From: Thermoplasmata archaeon
Lineage (GTDB): Archaea; Thermoplasmatota; Thermoplasmata; Lutacidiplasmatales; UBA184
DNA: 64,000 nucleotides
Direction: 5' to 3'
Assembly: GCA_021828195.1 (NCBI GenBank)
Contig: JAKASQ010000001.1
Location: forward strand, 169,202 to 233,201
Shown: piece after piece, positions 56,925-64,000 of the stretch
How the letters are laid out: every line of letters begins with the position of its first letter
Position numbering within the stretch: the stretch's first letter is position 1
Translations under genes and position numbers: made by a program
Notes under the pieces: model-generated
The model's input: the letters and a program-made list of their open reading frames with translations, nothing else
Database searches by the model: none
Told to the model about the DNA's origin: nothing

Positions 56925-57066
56925 GCACGAGAATCGACGGGCCGATCGCGGTGAACTCCTCTGCCGTCAGCGTGTCGGGCAGGTTCTCAAGTAGGACGCG
57001 GACGGGGTGGCCGCCCGGGAAGGCGGCTCGCGCCTTCGCACGGAGCGCGGGAAGGTCGGGCGTCAT
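56881..57066 (-). CDS. Small hypothetical protein (element)
   Basis: 61-aa ORF in overlap chain. Confidence 0.2.
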   Translation of the reverse strand: MTPDLPALRAKARAAFPGGHPVRVLLENLPDTLTAEEFTAIGPSILVLAATPKEGPHARIE

Positions 57067-57308
57067 GCGCCGCCCTCGTTCGCCAGTGGTCCGTCATCCA
57101 AGTCCTCGGTGTTAGTGAGCCCCGAGGGCCGGCGCTCGGCCATGTCAATCAGCCGAAGCCAGTCTCCGACTCGGGCTAGAAACACGTCAGCTGGGAGGGA
57201 GGCGGGTTGAGACAGAATCAACCGCTGAAGCGGGTCGGTAGGATCCAGCTCTCGGCGTGCGATCGTCTTGATGTCACGCAGGGGAACTCGTTCGCTTGCC
57301 CGCATCAC
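57063..57308 (-). CDS. Small hypothetical protein (element)
   Basis: 81-aa ORF, 4-nt overlap with downstream ORF. Confidence 0.25.
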   Translation of the reverse strand: MMRASERVPLRDIKTIARRELDPTDPLQRLILSQPASLPADVFLARVGDWLRLIDMAERRPSGLTNTEDLDDGPLANEGGA

Positions 57309-57364
57309 CGAGACTATGGGCGCGCCAGGTGCCTACCCTTCCGAAATGGGGGGTTTCCGCGTGT

Positions 57365-58408
57365 TTAAGTACCCCTTCGAGCGCGTGCTTGGAGGTACGC
57401 CTGTCTGACGTGGGCGCGCGACGGGGGCCGGCGGCCGCTCCTCCGCTCTTCAGTTTGCACGTCGCGGAGCACAGTATCGAAAGAAGCCTCGGGCCTCTTC
57501 TCAAGCACCTTGACGACGAGGACGAGCGCCTGCTTGAGAGCCTGCCTGTGTGGTTCGACGACTATGGCGCGTGGTGGCCGGCCAACGAGGTGGCCGCGCT
57601 CCTCGCTCTCCCGTCGGGCGCGCTCCGCTCGTTGTTTCAAAGCGTTGTGCTCTTTCTGTATGCCGTCGAAGTCCTGAAGTACGCTGTCGTGCGGACTCGC
57701 GGGGCGTCCGAGTTCGGCACAGTCGGCCCAGTACCCCGTCACGTTATGGGAGTCGATTCCAGCGGGCATCGAGAACATCTCGTCCCATTCCATTTCCTCC
57801 TCCCCGATCTCATCCCAGTAAGCCCTGAGAACGTCGCGACGTCGCCTGATTCTCTCCGGCTTGCTCGCCCCGGCTGGGCCCGGGACCTTGCCGTTGCGCG
57901 GGGTGCTCTCATACGTTGCCTCGTACCTGCCTACAATCCTCTCGTGCTCCTCATTCTTCCGCCGACAGACATACTTGAGGGCGCCCAGGGCGGCCATGAC
58001 TCGCTGGGAGGCACCCCCTCTCTGTCGAATCTCGGCATCGAGGAGGTCTGCCATGCCTTTGGACTTGCTCTGCAGGAGAATCCATCCACGCTCCGTCCGC
58101 CTTGCCGTCGGCCACAGAGCTCTCGCTTCATAGTCGGGAGCGCGAACCGCCACTCCTAGGTCGCTCAGGGTGGAGTTGTTCGTAACCCCGGCCGTGCGCA
58201 CCGACTCGAAGACGCCCATGAGTCGAGCCCGCTCCTCTTCCTTCCTAGATGCGTACCAGTCGGAGATGAGGCCGCGGAGTTGCGGGCCGACTGCGTAGCG
58301 GGCGGCATCAATCAGATACTCATCGAGAACGTCATTCATGTGCACCGGCCCCGCCACCGCACATGTCGTCGCAGTGTGGTTCGCCACCGGGTCGCCAGCC
58401 ACCGTCAT
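57365..58408 (-). CDS. Element-encoded hypothetical protein
   Basis: 348 aa, normal composition, ATGA overlap with integrase stop; no family recognised. Confidence 0.4.
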   Translation of the reverse strand: MTVAGDPVANHTATTCAVAGPVHMNDVLDEYLIDAARYAVGPQLRGLISDWYASRKEEERARLMGVFESVRTAGVTNNSTLSDLGVAVRAPDYEARALWPTARRTERGWILLQSKSKGMADLLDAEIRQRGGASQRVMAALGALKYVCRRKNEEHERIVGRYEATYESTPRNGKVPGPAGASKPERIRRRRDVLRAYWDEIGEEEMEWDEMFSMPAGIDSHNVTGYWADCAELGRPASPHDSVLQDFDGIQKEHNALKQRAERARRESEERGHLVGRPPRAIVVEPHRQALKQALVLVVKVLEKRPEASFDTVLRDVQTEERRSGRRPPSRAHVRQAYLQARARRGT

Positions 58409-59790
58409 GCACCGGCTCCCCCTTGCGGAGAAGACTGAGGCGCCAGCGTGGTAGCTGTCGGCGCCCGCATGACGAGCCGTCCGTCGGGTAGGGCGGTAGT
58501 CGCTTCCCATCCCGAGGCGAGCAGCCCCTCCGCCTCACTGACGCTCACGATTCGACCGGCGCGGCTCGGGCCTCGGAGCCGGTCGCGAACGTATTCACCG
58601 ACCTCGCTCGGCGACATCCCCTCCATCTTCGACTTGTCAGCGTCGGACAGCCCGAGCATGGACGCGACCATGTCCCGGAACTCGCTTCGGGCCTGGGTAC
58701 TGTCGTCGCGGGCGGAGAGATTCGTAAGGTACCGTTCACATCGCTTGTAGGACGCGCGCATCTTCTCCACGGTCGATGCTTCGAGCTTTCGCCGGCTTGA
58801 GTAGAGGGCCGATATGCCGGCGTTGTGGCCCAGGATCGCCTCCCGTGTTTGAAAGTCGATAGCTCCATCCATCGACGCCTCCCAGAGACGAGTCGAGCAG
58901 TACGACCTTAGGACGTAAGGAACCCAGTTCACCGTTTCGGGCTTTGCCCGCGCGATCGCGCTTGACAGTTCGACCATGATCGCCTTCTCGCTGACGAACT
59001 TTCCTAGTTGGTCGTACCGCTCGCCCGTAACGAGCGGCGAGTCGCGGGCAAGCTTCTCCCCCGGGAGTTTCGTCGGGACGAACCGCCCCGCGTCGCCCTC
59101 CCTGCGCCGATAGACCATCTGAATCCCCCGCCGCTGTCGAAGGTACTCGATGATTCGGTCGGCGAGGACTTTCGTCCCGAACGTCAGGTACGCCCGTCGG
59201 TTCTTTGAGATCGCCCCCGGGACCTCGATGATGAACGGAACCGTCGAGAAAGTGAGCGTCTTTACGTCTAGCTCGGGGAGGTTGCGGAGGCGAAGGGCCT
59301 CGCCTTCCCGATAGAAGCCGAGAGTGCCGGGCCGAAGCCCGGCGTGCGCCATCAGGAGCGCAACGACCTTGCCCCGAGGAGTGGAAATCGCCTCAACGAT
59401 TCGCTGGAGCTCATCCACGGTCGGAACCCGCTCTCCGACTACCGTCTCCCCGCCGATTTGGACGACACGGGGAAAGCCATCGAACGCGACGTGCTGCGAT
59501 CGGAACCACGCCCGGAGCGCGGCCACGACGACAGCCGTGTAAGCCGAGGCGTGACCCGCCTTCCTGTCCTCGGTGATGAAATCGACCAGGAGGGCTTCGA
59601 GTTTCCGGGGGTTCGCGACGGCTAGAGCGGCGAGCTCGTTCGGAGAAAGCCCGAGCGAGCGAGAGAGAATGCCGAGCCGAACGACGCTACCGTCGGCCGT
59701 TCGCAGCGAGCGGGCCGCCATGCTCTTGTGCCACTCCGCGATTCGCTCGTCCCTGAGCAGATCGTGGAGCCGTCCAGCTTTCCGCGCCAT
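58405..59790 (-). CDS. Tyrosine recombinase / phage-type integrase
   Basis: N-terminal SAM-like core-binding domain; C-terminal catalytic domain with GLRPGTL (Arg), HNAGISALY, LRSYCSTRL (Arg/Tyr region). Confidence 0.7.
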   Translation of the reverse strand: MARKAGRLHDLLRDERIAEWHKSMAARSLRTADGSVVRLGILSRSLGLSPNELAALAVANPRKLEALLVDFITEDRKAGHASAYTAVVVAALRAWFRSQHVAFDGFPRVVQIGGETVVGERVPTVDELQRIVEAISTPRGKVVALLMAHAGLRPGTLGFYREGEALRLRNLPELDVKTLTFSTVPFIIEVPGAISKNRRAYLTFGTKVLADRIIEYLRQRRGIQMVYRRREGDAGRFVPTKLPGEKLARDSPLVTGERYDQLGKFVSEKAIMVELSSAIARAKPETVNWVPYVLRSYCSTRLWEASMDGAIDFQTREAILGHNAGISALYSSRRKLEASTVEKMRASYKRCERYLTNLSARDDSTQARSEFRDMVASMLGLSDADKSKMEGMSPSEVGEYVRDRLRGPSRAGRIVSVSEAEGLLASGWEATTALPDGRLVMRAPTATTLAPQSSPQGGAGA

Positions 59791-59814
59791 CTCCTAACAG
59801 AAGAGACGCCTCCG

Positions 59815-59821
59815 TATAAAG
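59815..59821 (+). promoter_or_regulatory. TATA-box-like element (TATAAAG) 36 nt upstream of dinB start codon
   Basis: Only AT-rich heptamer in the spacer; spacing compatible with a short or leaderless archaeal transcript. Confidence 0.25.
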
Positions 59822-59856
59822 AGTATCCCTTTTCCCATAGGACGTGGATTCTCTAC

Positions 59857-60972
59857 ATGGACATGGACGCCTTCTACGTCTCCTGCGAGCTGCGGGATCG
59901 CCCCCAGGATCGGGGCAAGCCGGTCATCGTCGGCCCGTCTCCGAAGATCGAGCGGACCCGCGGGGTCGTCCTCTCCGCCAGCTACGAGGCCCGCCGCTTT
60001 GGTGTTCACAGTGCGCAGCCGGTCGGAGAGGCCGATCGCCGGTGTCCGGAGGCGATCTGGATCTCTCCGGACCATGCCAAGTACGCTCGGATCTCCGACG
60101 AGGTGCGGGTCTGGCTCTCCGCACGCTTCGACCCGGTCGTCGCGCACAGCATCGACGAGTTCGCCTTTCTCCTGGACGTCAACACCGCGGAGGAGGCCCG
60201 CGCTCGGGCGGAAGAGTTCCAGCGGGGTTTCCGGGAGGAGCAGGGACTGCCGTCCTCGATCGGGATCGCTTCGCACCGCATCCTCGCGAAGATCGCGAGC
60301 GACCGGGCCAAGCCCGGCGGGATCGTGCTCGTGCCGATGGATCCCGAGTCGATCCAGACCTTTCTCGGCCCGCTCTCCGTCCGCGCGATCCCGGGAGTCG
60401 GACCGAAGACCGAGGAGCGACTCCGCTCGCTCGGGATCGAACATGTCGAGGATCTCGCCCGCCATCGCCGCGCGGAACTACGGGCGGCCGTGGGAGAGTG
60501 GGCAGAGGAATTGCTCGCTCTTGCCGCCGGTCACCCGCGACCCGATCCCGTGGAACGCGACGGTCCGCGGTCCCGCTCGACCGATCGGACCTTGCCGGAG
60601 GACATCGACGACCCCCTCGAGATCGAGGGAATCGTTCGGGAACTCTCCCGGTCCCTCGCGTCGACGCTCGCCCAGGAACGACTGCGCTACGGACGCGGGG
60701 GGGTCGGGATCAAGTGGGCCGACTTCACACGCGTGACCCGGACGCGGGCCCTTCCCGGGCGGGTCGAAGGCCCCGAGCCGCTCGAAGAGACCGCCGTCCG
60801 CCTCGTCCGCGAACTCCTCGCGGAAGAGCGGCTCGGTCGCCGACGCAAGGTGCGCCTCCTGTCGGTGCGCGTCGAGCGGCTCGCGCCGGCGCTGCACCAC
60901 CCGCCCTCGCTCGACCGGTTCGACGCGGAGGTTCCCCCGCAGAGTAATAGCGCGCGGCGACCGTTCGACTGA
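59857..60972 (+). CDS. dinB: Y-family DNA polymerase IV (Dpo4/Dbh/DinB)
   Basis: MDMDAFYVSCE (catalytic Asp pair), SIDEFAF, GIASHRILAKIASD, little-finger domain. Confidence 0.85.
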   Translation: MDMDAFYVSCELRDRPQDRGKPVIVGPSPKIERTRGVVLSASYEARRFGVHSAQPVGEADRRCPEAIWISPDHAKYARISDEVRVWLSARFDPVVAHSIDEFAFLLDVNTAEEARARAEEFQRGFREEQGLPSSIGIASHRILAKIASDRAKPGGIVLVPMDPESIQTFLGPLSVRAIPGVGPKTEERLRSLGIEHVEDLARHRRAELRAAVGEWAEELLALAAGHPRPDPVERDGPRSRSTDRTLPEDIDDPLEIEGIVRELSRSLASTLAQERLRYGRGGVGIKWADFTRVTRTRALPGRVEGPEPLEETAVRLVRELLAEERLGRRRKVRLLSVRVERLAPALHHPPSLDRFDAEVPPQSNSARRPFD

Positions 60973-60977
60973 ATCCC

Positions 60978-62303
60978 ATGCCGAGCATCGCGGAGTCGGT
61001 CCAGAACCTCGTTCGGCCCCGCTCCGGGCTCGACCTGCCTCTGCCCGCGTACGACGGCGCCAGCCTGGCGAACGTGTTTCCCACCGTCTTCGAACGTCTC
61101 GATCGTCCCCCTGCGGCGGGACCCATGCTCGCTCCGGCGCTGCGCGGGGATCTGGACCCGTGGGGTGGCGCGACCCCTCCCGGACCGGTGCTCGTGTTCC
61201 TGATCGATGGGTTCGGCTGGCTCGCCGAACAGCGATGGGCCGCCGAAGCTCCCGGTTCCGCTTCCCGCGCGTGGGCGGAACACTCCCGGCCCATCACGAC
61301 CGTCTTCCCGACCACCACCACGGCCGCTCTCACCGCGTTGTGCACCGGAACGCCGCCGGCCCGGAACGGGGTCGTCGGGTACCGGCAGTTCCTCCCCCGG
61401 TTCGGCGTGGTCGCGGATCTGCTGAAGATGTCCCCGCTCGGGGCGGCCGCCTTCGGGACCCTGATCGGCCCGGATTGGACCCCGGATCTCATTTCCTCGG
61501 CGCCGCCGGTCTTCTCCCGCGGATTGAGGAGCACCGTGCTCACGCGCGAGGCGTTCCAAGGGAGCGGACTCTCGCGCGTTCTGTACGACGGGGCCGAGTT
61601 TGTCGGCTACACGACGGCCTCCGAGCTGGCCCACCAGCTGATCCAGATCCTCGGTCGCTCCACGCCGCCCGAGGTCGTCTTCGCGTACTGGGACGAGCTC
61701 GACACCGTCCAGCATCGTCGCGGACCCACCTCCGCGCTGTTCGCGTTCGAAGCGGATCGGCTGGCCCACCTCGTCGCCTATGTGGCGCGGGGACTTTCCC
61801 CGGAACGCGCGCGTTCGACGACACTTCTCGCCACGGGCGACCACGGCCAGGTCCCTTCGGAGCTCGACCGGCAGACCTGGATCGACCGCATCCCCGAGAT
61901 CATGCAGGAGATGGCGTGTCCGCTCGCCGGTGATCGCCGGTGCGGATACTTCTCCGCCCGGCCCGGCCGGGTCGACGCGCTACGCCGCGCGCTCGAGCGA
62001 CACCTGCCCTCGGGATCCCGGATCGTCGATATGAACGCGGCGCTCGACGCGGGCCTCTTTGGCCCGCCGCCGTACCACGCCGAGGTCCACGAGCGCCTCG
62101 GGGATCTGCTCGCGCTCGTGCCGGTTCCGTACGGCCTCGCTTACCTCGTCCCCGGAACGCCGCCGCCCCGGCGCCATCTGGACGGCTCCCATGGGGGGCT
62201 GGAGACGGCCGAGCTCCTCGTCCCGCTCGTCAGCGGGCCGCTCCGCGACTTCGGCTCCTTCTCCCCGGAGCGCACCGCGCTCGAGGGTGTCGGGCAACGG
62301 TAA
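60978..62303 (+). CDS. Alkaline-phosphatase-superfamily protein (type I phosphodiesterase / nucleotide pyrophosphatase / PglZ-like)
   Basis: VLVFLIDGFGW, TVFPTTTTAALTALCTG (catalytic Thr region), LATGDHG metal-ligand motif. Confidence 0.55.
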   Translation: MPSIAESVQNLVRPRSGLDLPLPAYDGASLANVFPTVFERLDRPPAAGPMLAPALRGDLDPWGGATPPGPVLVFLIDGFGWLAEQRWAAEAPGSASRAWAEHSRPITTVFPTTTTAALTALCTGTPPARNGVVGYRQFLPRFGVVADLLKMSPLGAAAFGTLIGPDWTPDLISSAPPVFSRGLRSTVLTREAFQGSGLSRVLYDGAEFVGYTTASELAHQLIQILGRSTPPEVVFAYWDELDTVQHRRGPTSALFAFEADRLAHLVAYVARGLSPERARSTTLLATGDHGQVPSELDRQTWIDRIPEIMQEMACPLAGDRRCGYFSARPGRVDALRRALERHLPSGSRIVDMNAALDAGLFGPPPYHAEVHERLGDLLALVPVPYGLAYLVPGTPPPRRHLDGSHGGLETAELLVPLVSGPLRDFGSFSPERTALEGVGQR

Positions 62304-62328
62304 AGAGCCGCCATCGGTCGATGGGTAC

Positions 62329-64000
62329 ATGGCCGCGCTGCGAGAGCCGATCGTCAGCGTGATGGGTCATGTCGACCACGGCAAGACCACGCTGCTCGAT
62401 CGCATCTCGGGCTCGGTCCGCGCCTCGCAGGAGGCGGGCGGGATCACCCAGCACATCGGCGCGATCGAGGTCCCCGGAGAGGTCGTTCGCCGACTGTGCG
62501 AGGGCGTCCTGCGCTCCGAGCAGATGCACGTTCCGGGACTCCTGTTCATCGACACCCCCGGACACCGCTCCTTCGAGACGATGCGTCGACGCGGAGGCGC
62601 GCTCGCCGATCTCGCGATCCTCGTCGTCGATGTGCGCGAGGGGCTCATGCCCCAGACCCGGGAGTCGATCCAGATCCTGCGGCACGAGAAGACGCCGTTC
62701 GTCATCGCGCTCACCAAGATCGATCTCCTGGCCGGCTGGCGCAAGCCGACCGGCCGCGTACCGCTGCTCGATCAGATCGCGAAGGGAGGACCCGAGTTCG
62801 GCCGCACCCTCGATCAGCACCTGTACGAGGTCGCCCAGCAGCTCGACCAGATCGGATTCTCCACCGAGCGCTACGATCGCGTGAGCGACTTCACGCGGAA
62901 CGTGGGCATCGTACCGATCTCCGCGAAGTCCGGCGCGGGGATCCCGGAACTCCTCGCTCTCCTCGTGGGGCTCTCCCAACGCTTCCTTGGGGAGGAGCTG
63001 GTCCTCGTCGAGGAGGGGGGCGAAGGCACCGTCCTCGAGCGGAGCGACCAGAAGGGCGTCGGGCCGGTCGGGGATGTCATCGTCTACCGCGGTCGCATCG
63101 CGGTCGGCGACGAGATCGTGGTCACCGGCCGGGACGAGCCGTTCACGACACGCATCCGCGGCATCTACCGTCCGGCCGTGTCGCGCACGGGAAAGACGCC
63201 CAAGGTGCCCAAGCTCGACTCCCTGTCGTCCGTCGAGGCGGCGGCCGGAGTGTACCTCGCCGCCACCGGCATCGAAGGCGCCCTGCCCGGAGGACTGCTC
63301 AAGGTCGTCCGCACGCCGGAGGAAGCCGCGCAGGTCCGCTCGGATCTCGCCCGCGAGAGCCATCCGGTGGCGGAGATCGCTGAAAGCGGCGTGGCGATCG
63401 CCGCCGACACCCTGGGCGGGCTGGAGGCGTTGGCCTTCGAGTGCCGGGAGGCGAAGATCCCGATCCACGAAGCGTCGGTGGGCCCGATCGGCCGACCGAC
63501 CGTGATCCGCGTCGCCACGGTGAAGGAGCCGACCCACCGGGCCGTGCTCGCGTTCAACGTGCCCGTCCTCCCGGATGCCCAACCCGAGGGCGAGGCCGGG
63601 CCGGTTCGGATCTTCCGCAGCGAGGTGATGTACCGGGTGATCGAGGAGTACGGGAAATGGCGGGAAGAGCGCCAGCGCGCGCTCCAGGTCCAGCGCCGCC
63701 TCGAGCTCGTCCACCCGGCCAAGCTCCAGATACTTCCCGGGAACGTCTTCCGCGCGTCGAAACCCGCGATCGTCGGGGTCCGGGTGATCGGAGGAACTCT
63801 CCGCGCGGGCGTCCGGCTCATGCGCCTCGATGGCACCGAGATCGGCATGCTCCGCAGTCTCCAACGAGAGGGGACCTCGGTCGCCCAGGCGGAAGAGGGC
63901 TCCGAGCTCGCCGCGGCGATCGAAGGGGCGATCGTCGGCCGCAACGTCCAGGAAGGGGATCTCCTTCTGGTCGCCGTGCCGGAGTCCGCCGCACGGATCC
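62329..64000 (+). CDS. infB: Translation initiation factor aIF5B (IF2 family), 3'-partial (runs off window end)
   Basis: MAALREPIVSVMGHVDHGKTTLLDRISG...GGITQHIGA...DTPGH...LTKID; no stop before 64000 so absent from ORF track. Confidence 0.85.
   Translation, partial: MAALREPIVSVMGHVDHGKTTLLDRISGSVRASQEAGGITQHIGAIEVPGEVVRRLCEGVLRSEQMHVPGLLFIDTPGHRSFETMRRRGGALADLAILVVDVREGLMPQTRESIQILRHEKTPFVIALTKIDLLAGWRKPTGRVPLLDQIAKGGPEFGRTLDQHLYEVAQQLDQIGFSTERYDRVSDFTRNVGIVPISAKSGAGIPELLALLVGLSQRFLGEELVLVEEGGEGTVLERSDQKGVGPVGDVIVYRGRIAVGDEIVVTGRDEPFTTRIRGIYRPAVSRTGKTPKVPKLDSLSSVEAAAGVYLAATGIEGALPGGLLKVVRTPEEAAQVRSDLARESHPVAEIAESGVAIAADTLGGLEALAFECREAKIPIHEASVGPIGRPTVIRVATVKEPTHRAVLAFNVPVLPDAQPEGEAGPVRIFRSEVMYRVIEEYGKWREERQRALQVQRRLELVHPAKLQILPGNVFRASKPAIVGVRVIGGTLRAGVRLMRLDGTEIGMLRSLQREGTSVAQAEEGSELAAAIEGAIVGRNVQEGDLLLVAVPESAARI

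Larger units (their letters stand above)
49961..59800 (-). mobile_element. Integrated plasmid/provirus-like element (~9.8 kb): serine recombinase ... PrimPol, helicase, MT-A70 methylase ... tyrosine integrase
   Basis: All genes on the minus strand with 4-nt stop/start overlaps. Gene content is typical of archaeal integrative elements. Bordered by a truncated MTase gene (left) and dinB promoter region (right). Exact att sites not identified. Confidence 0.55.

Noticed and set aside
62369-63944. Multiple ORFs (62369..62884+, 62496..63383+, 62230..63864-, 63165..63944-) inside the aIF5B region
   Set aside because: Alternative frames of the aIF5B gene, which has unambiguous GTPase motifs in frame starting 62329
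1-64000. CRISPR arrays, rRNA genes, canonical tRNA genes
   Set aside because: No regularly spaced direct repeats, no rRNA-like conserved stretches and no convincing cloverleaf candidates seen on visual scan; a tRNAscan/Infernal run would be needed to exclude intron-containing tRNAs

Overview
Reading the sequence and the ORF track by eye, this looks like a high-GC (roughly two-thirds G+C) archaeal chromosome segment. The archaeal assignment rests on several genes: an aIF5B-type initiation factor (HVDHGKTTLLD), a NOG1-type GTPase, a beta-CASP aCPSF-like RNase, an XPB-Bax1 repair pair, a PrimPol domain protein, an HTH-CBS regulator and a JAMM protease. Positions 1-31000 are housekeeping: lipoylation and glycine-cleavage genes (lpdA, lipB, gcvPA/PB), MtnA/eIF2B-family, PFK, an M24 peptidase, NOG1, the beta-CASP RNase, OsmC, IMPase-NadK-JAMM, a B12-binding radical SAM, TruD, a KaiC-like pair, fhs and XPB-Bax1. 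From about 31000 to 46200 the sequence looks accessory. It holds an IS1634/IS4-like insertion with truncated flanking genes, then a cluster that appears somewhat lower in GC. That cluster contains seven paralogous 4-5 TM membrane proteins (one a pseudogene), two cupredoxin-fold proteins (one carrying a Met-rich segment), a TM-anchored Cys-rich protein with CC/CCCxC/CC motifs, a CDF exporter, a CsoR-like regulator and an ABC importer. I interpret it as a candidate copper or redox-handling island of undescribed composition. Positions 49961-59800 form an integrated plasmid- or provirus-like element. It carries a serine recombinase, a zinc ribbon, an MT-A70 methylase, PrimPol plus a P-loop helicase, small ORFs and a tyrosine integrase. 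It sits next to dinB and appears to truncate a SAM methyltransferase gene. One 720-bp GC-poorer spacer (11076-11798) probably holds a structured ncRNA. Interior gene starts were inferred from the ORF-track protein indices, because my line-by-line coordinate reading of the raw sequence showed small inconsistencies. Long Arg/Pro/Gly-rich ORFs on opposite strands were treated as high-GC frame artefacts.
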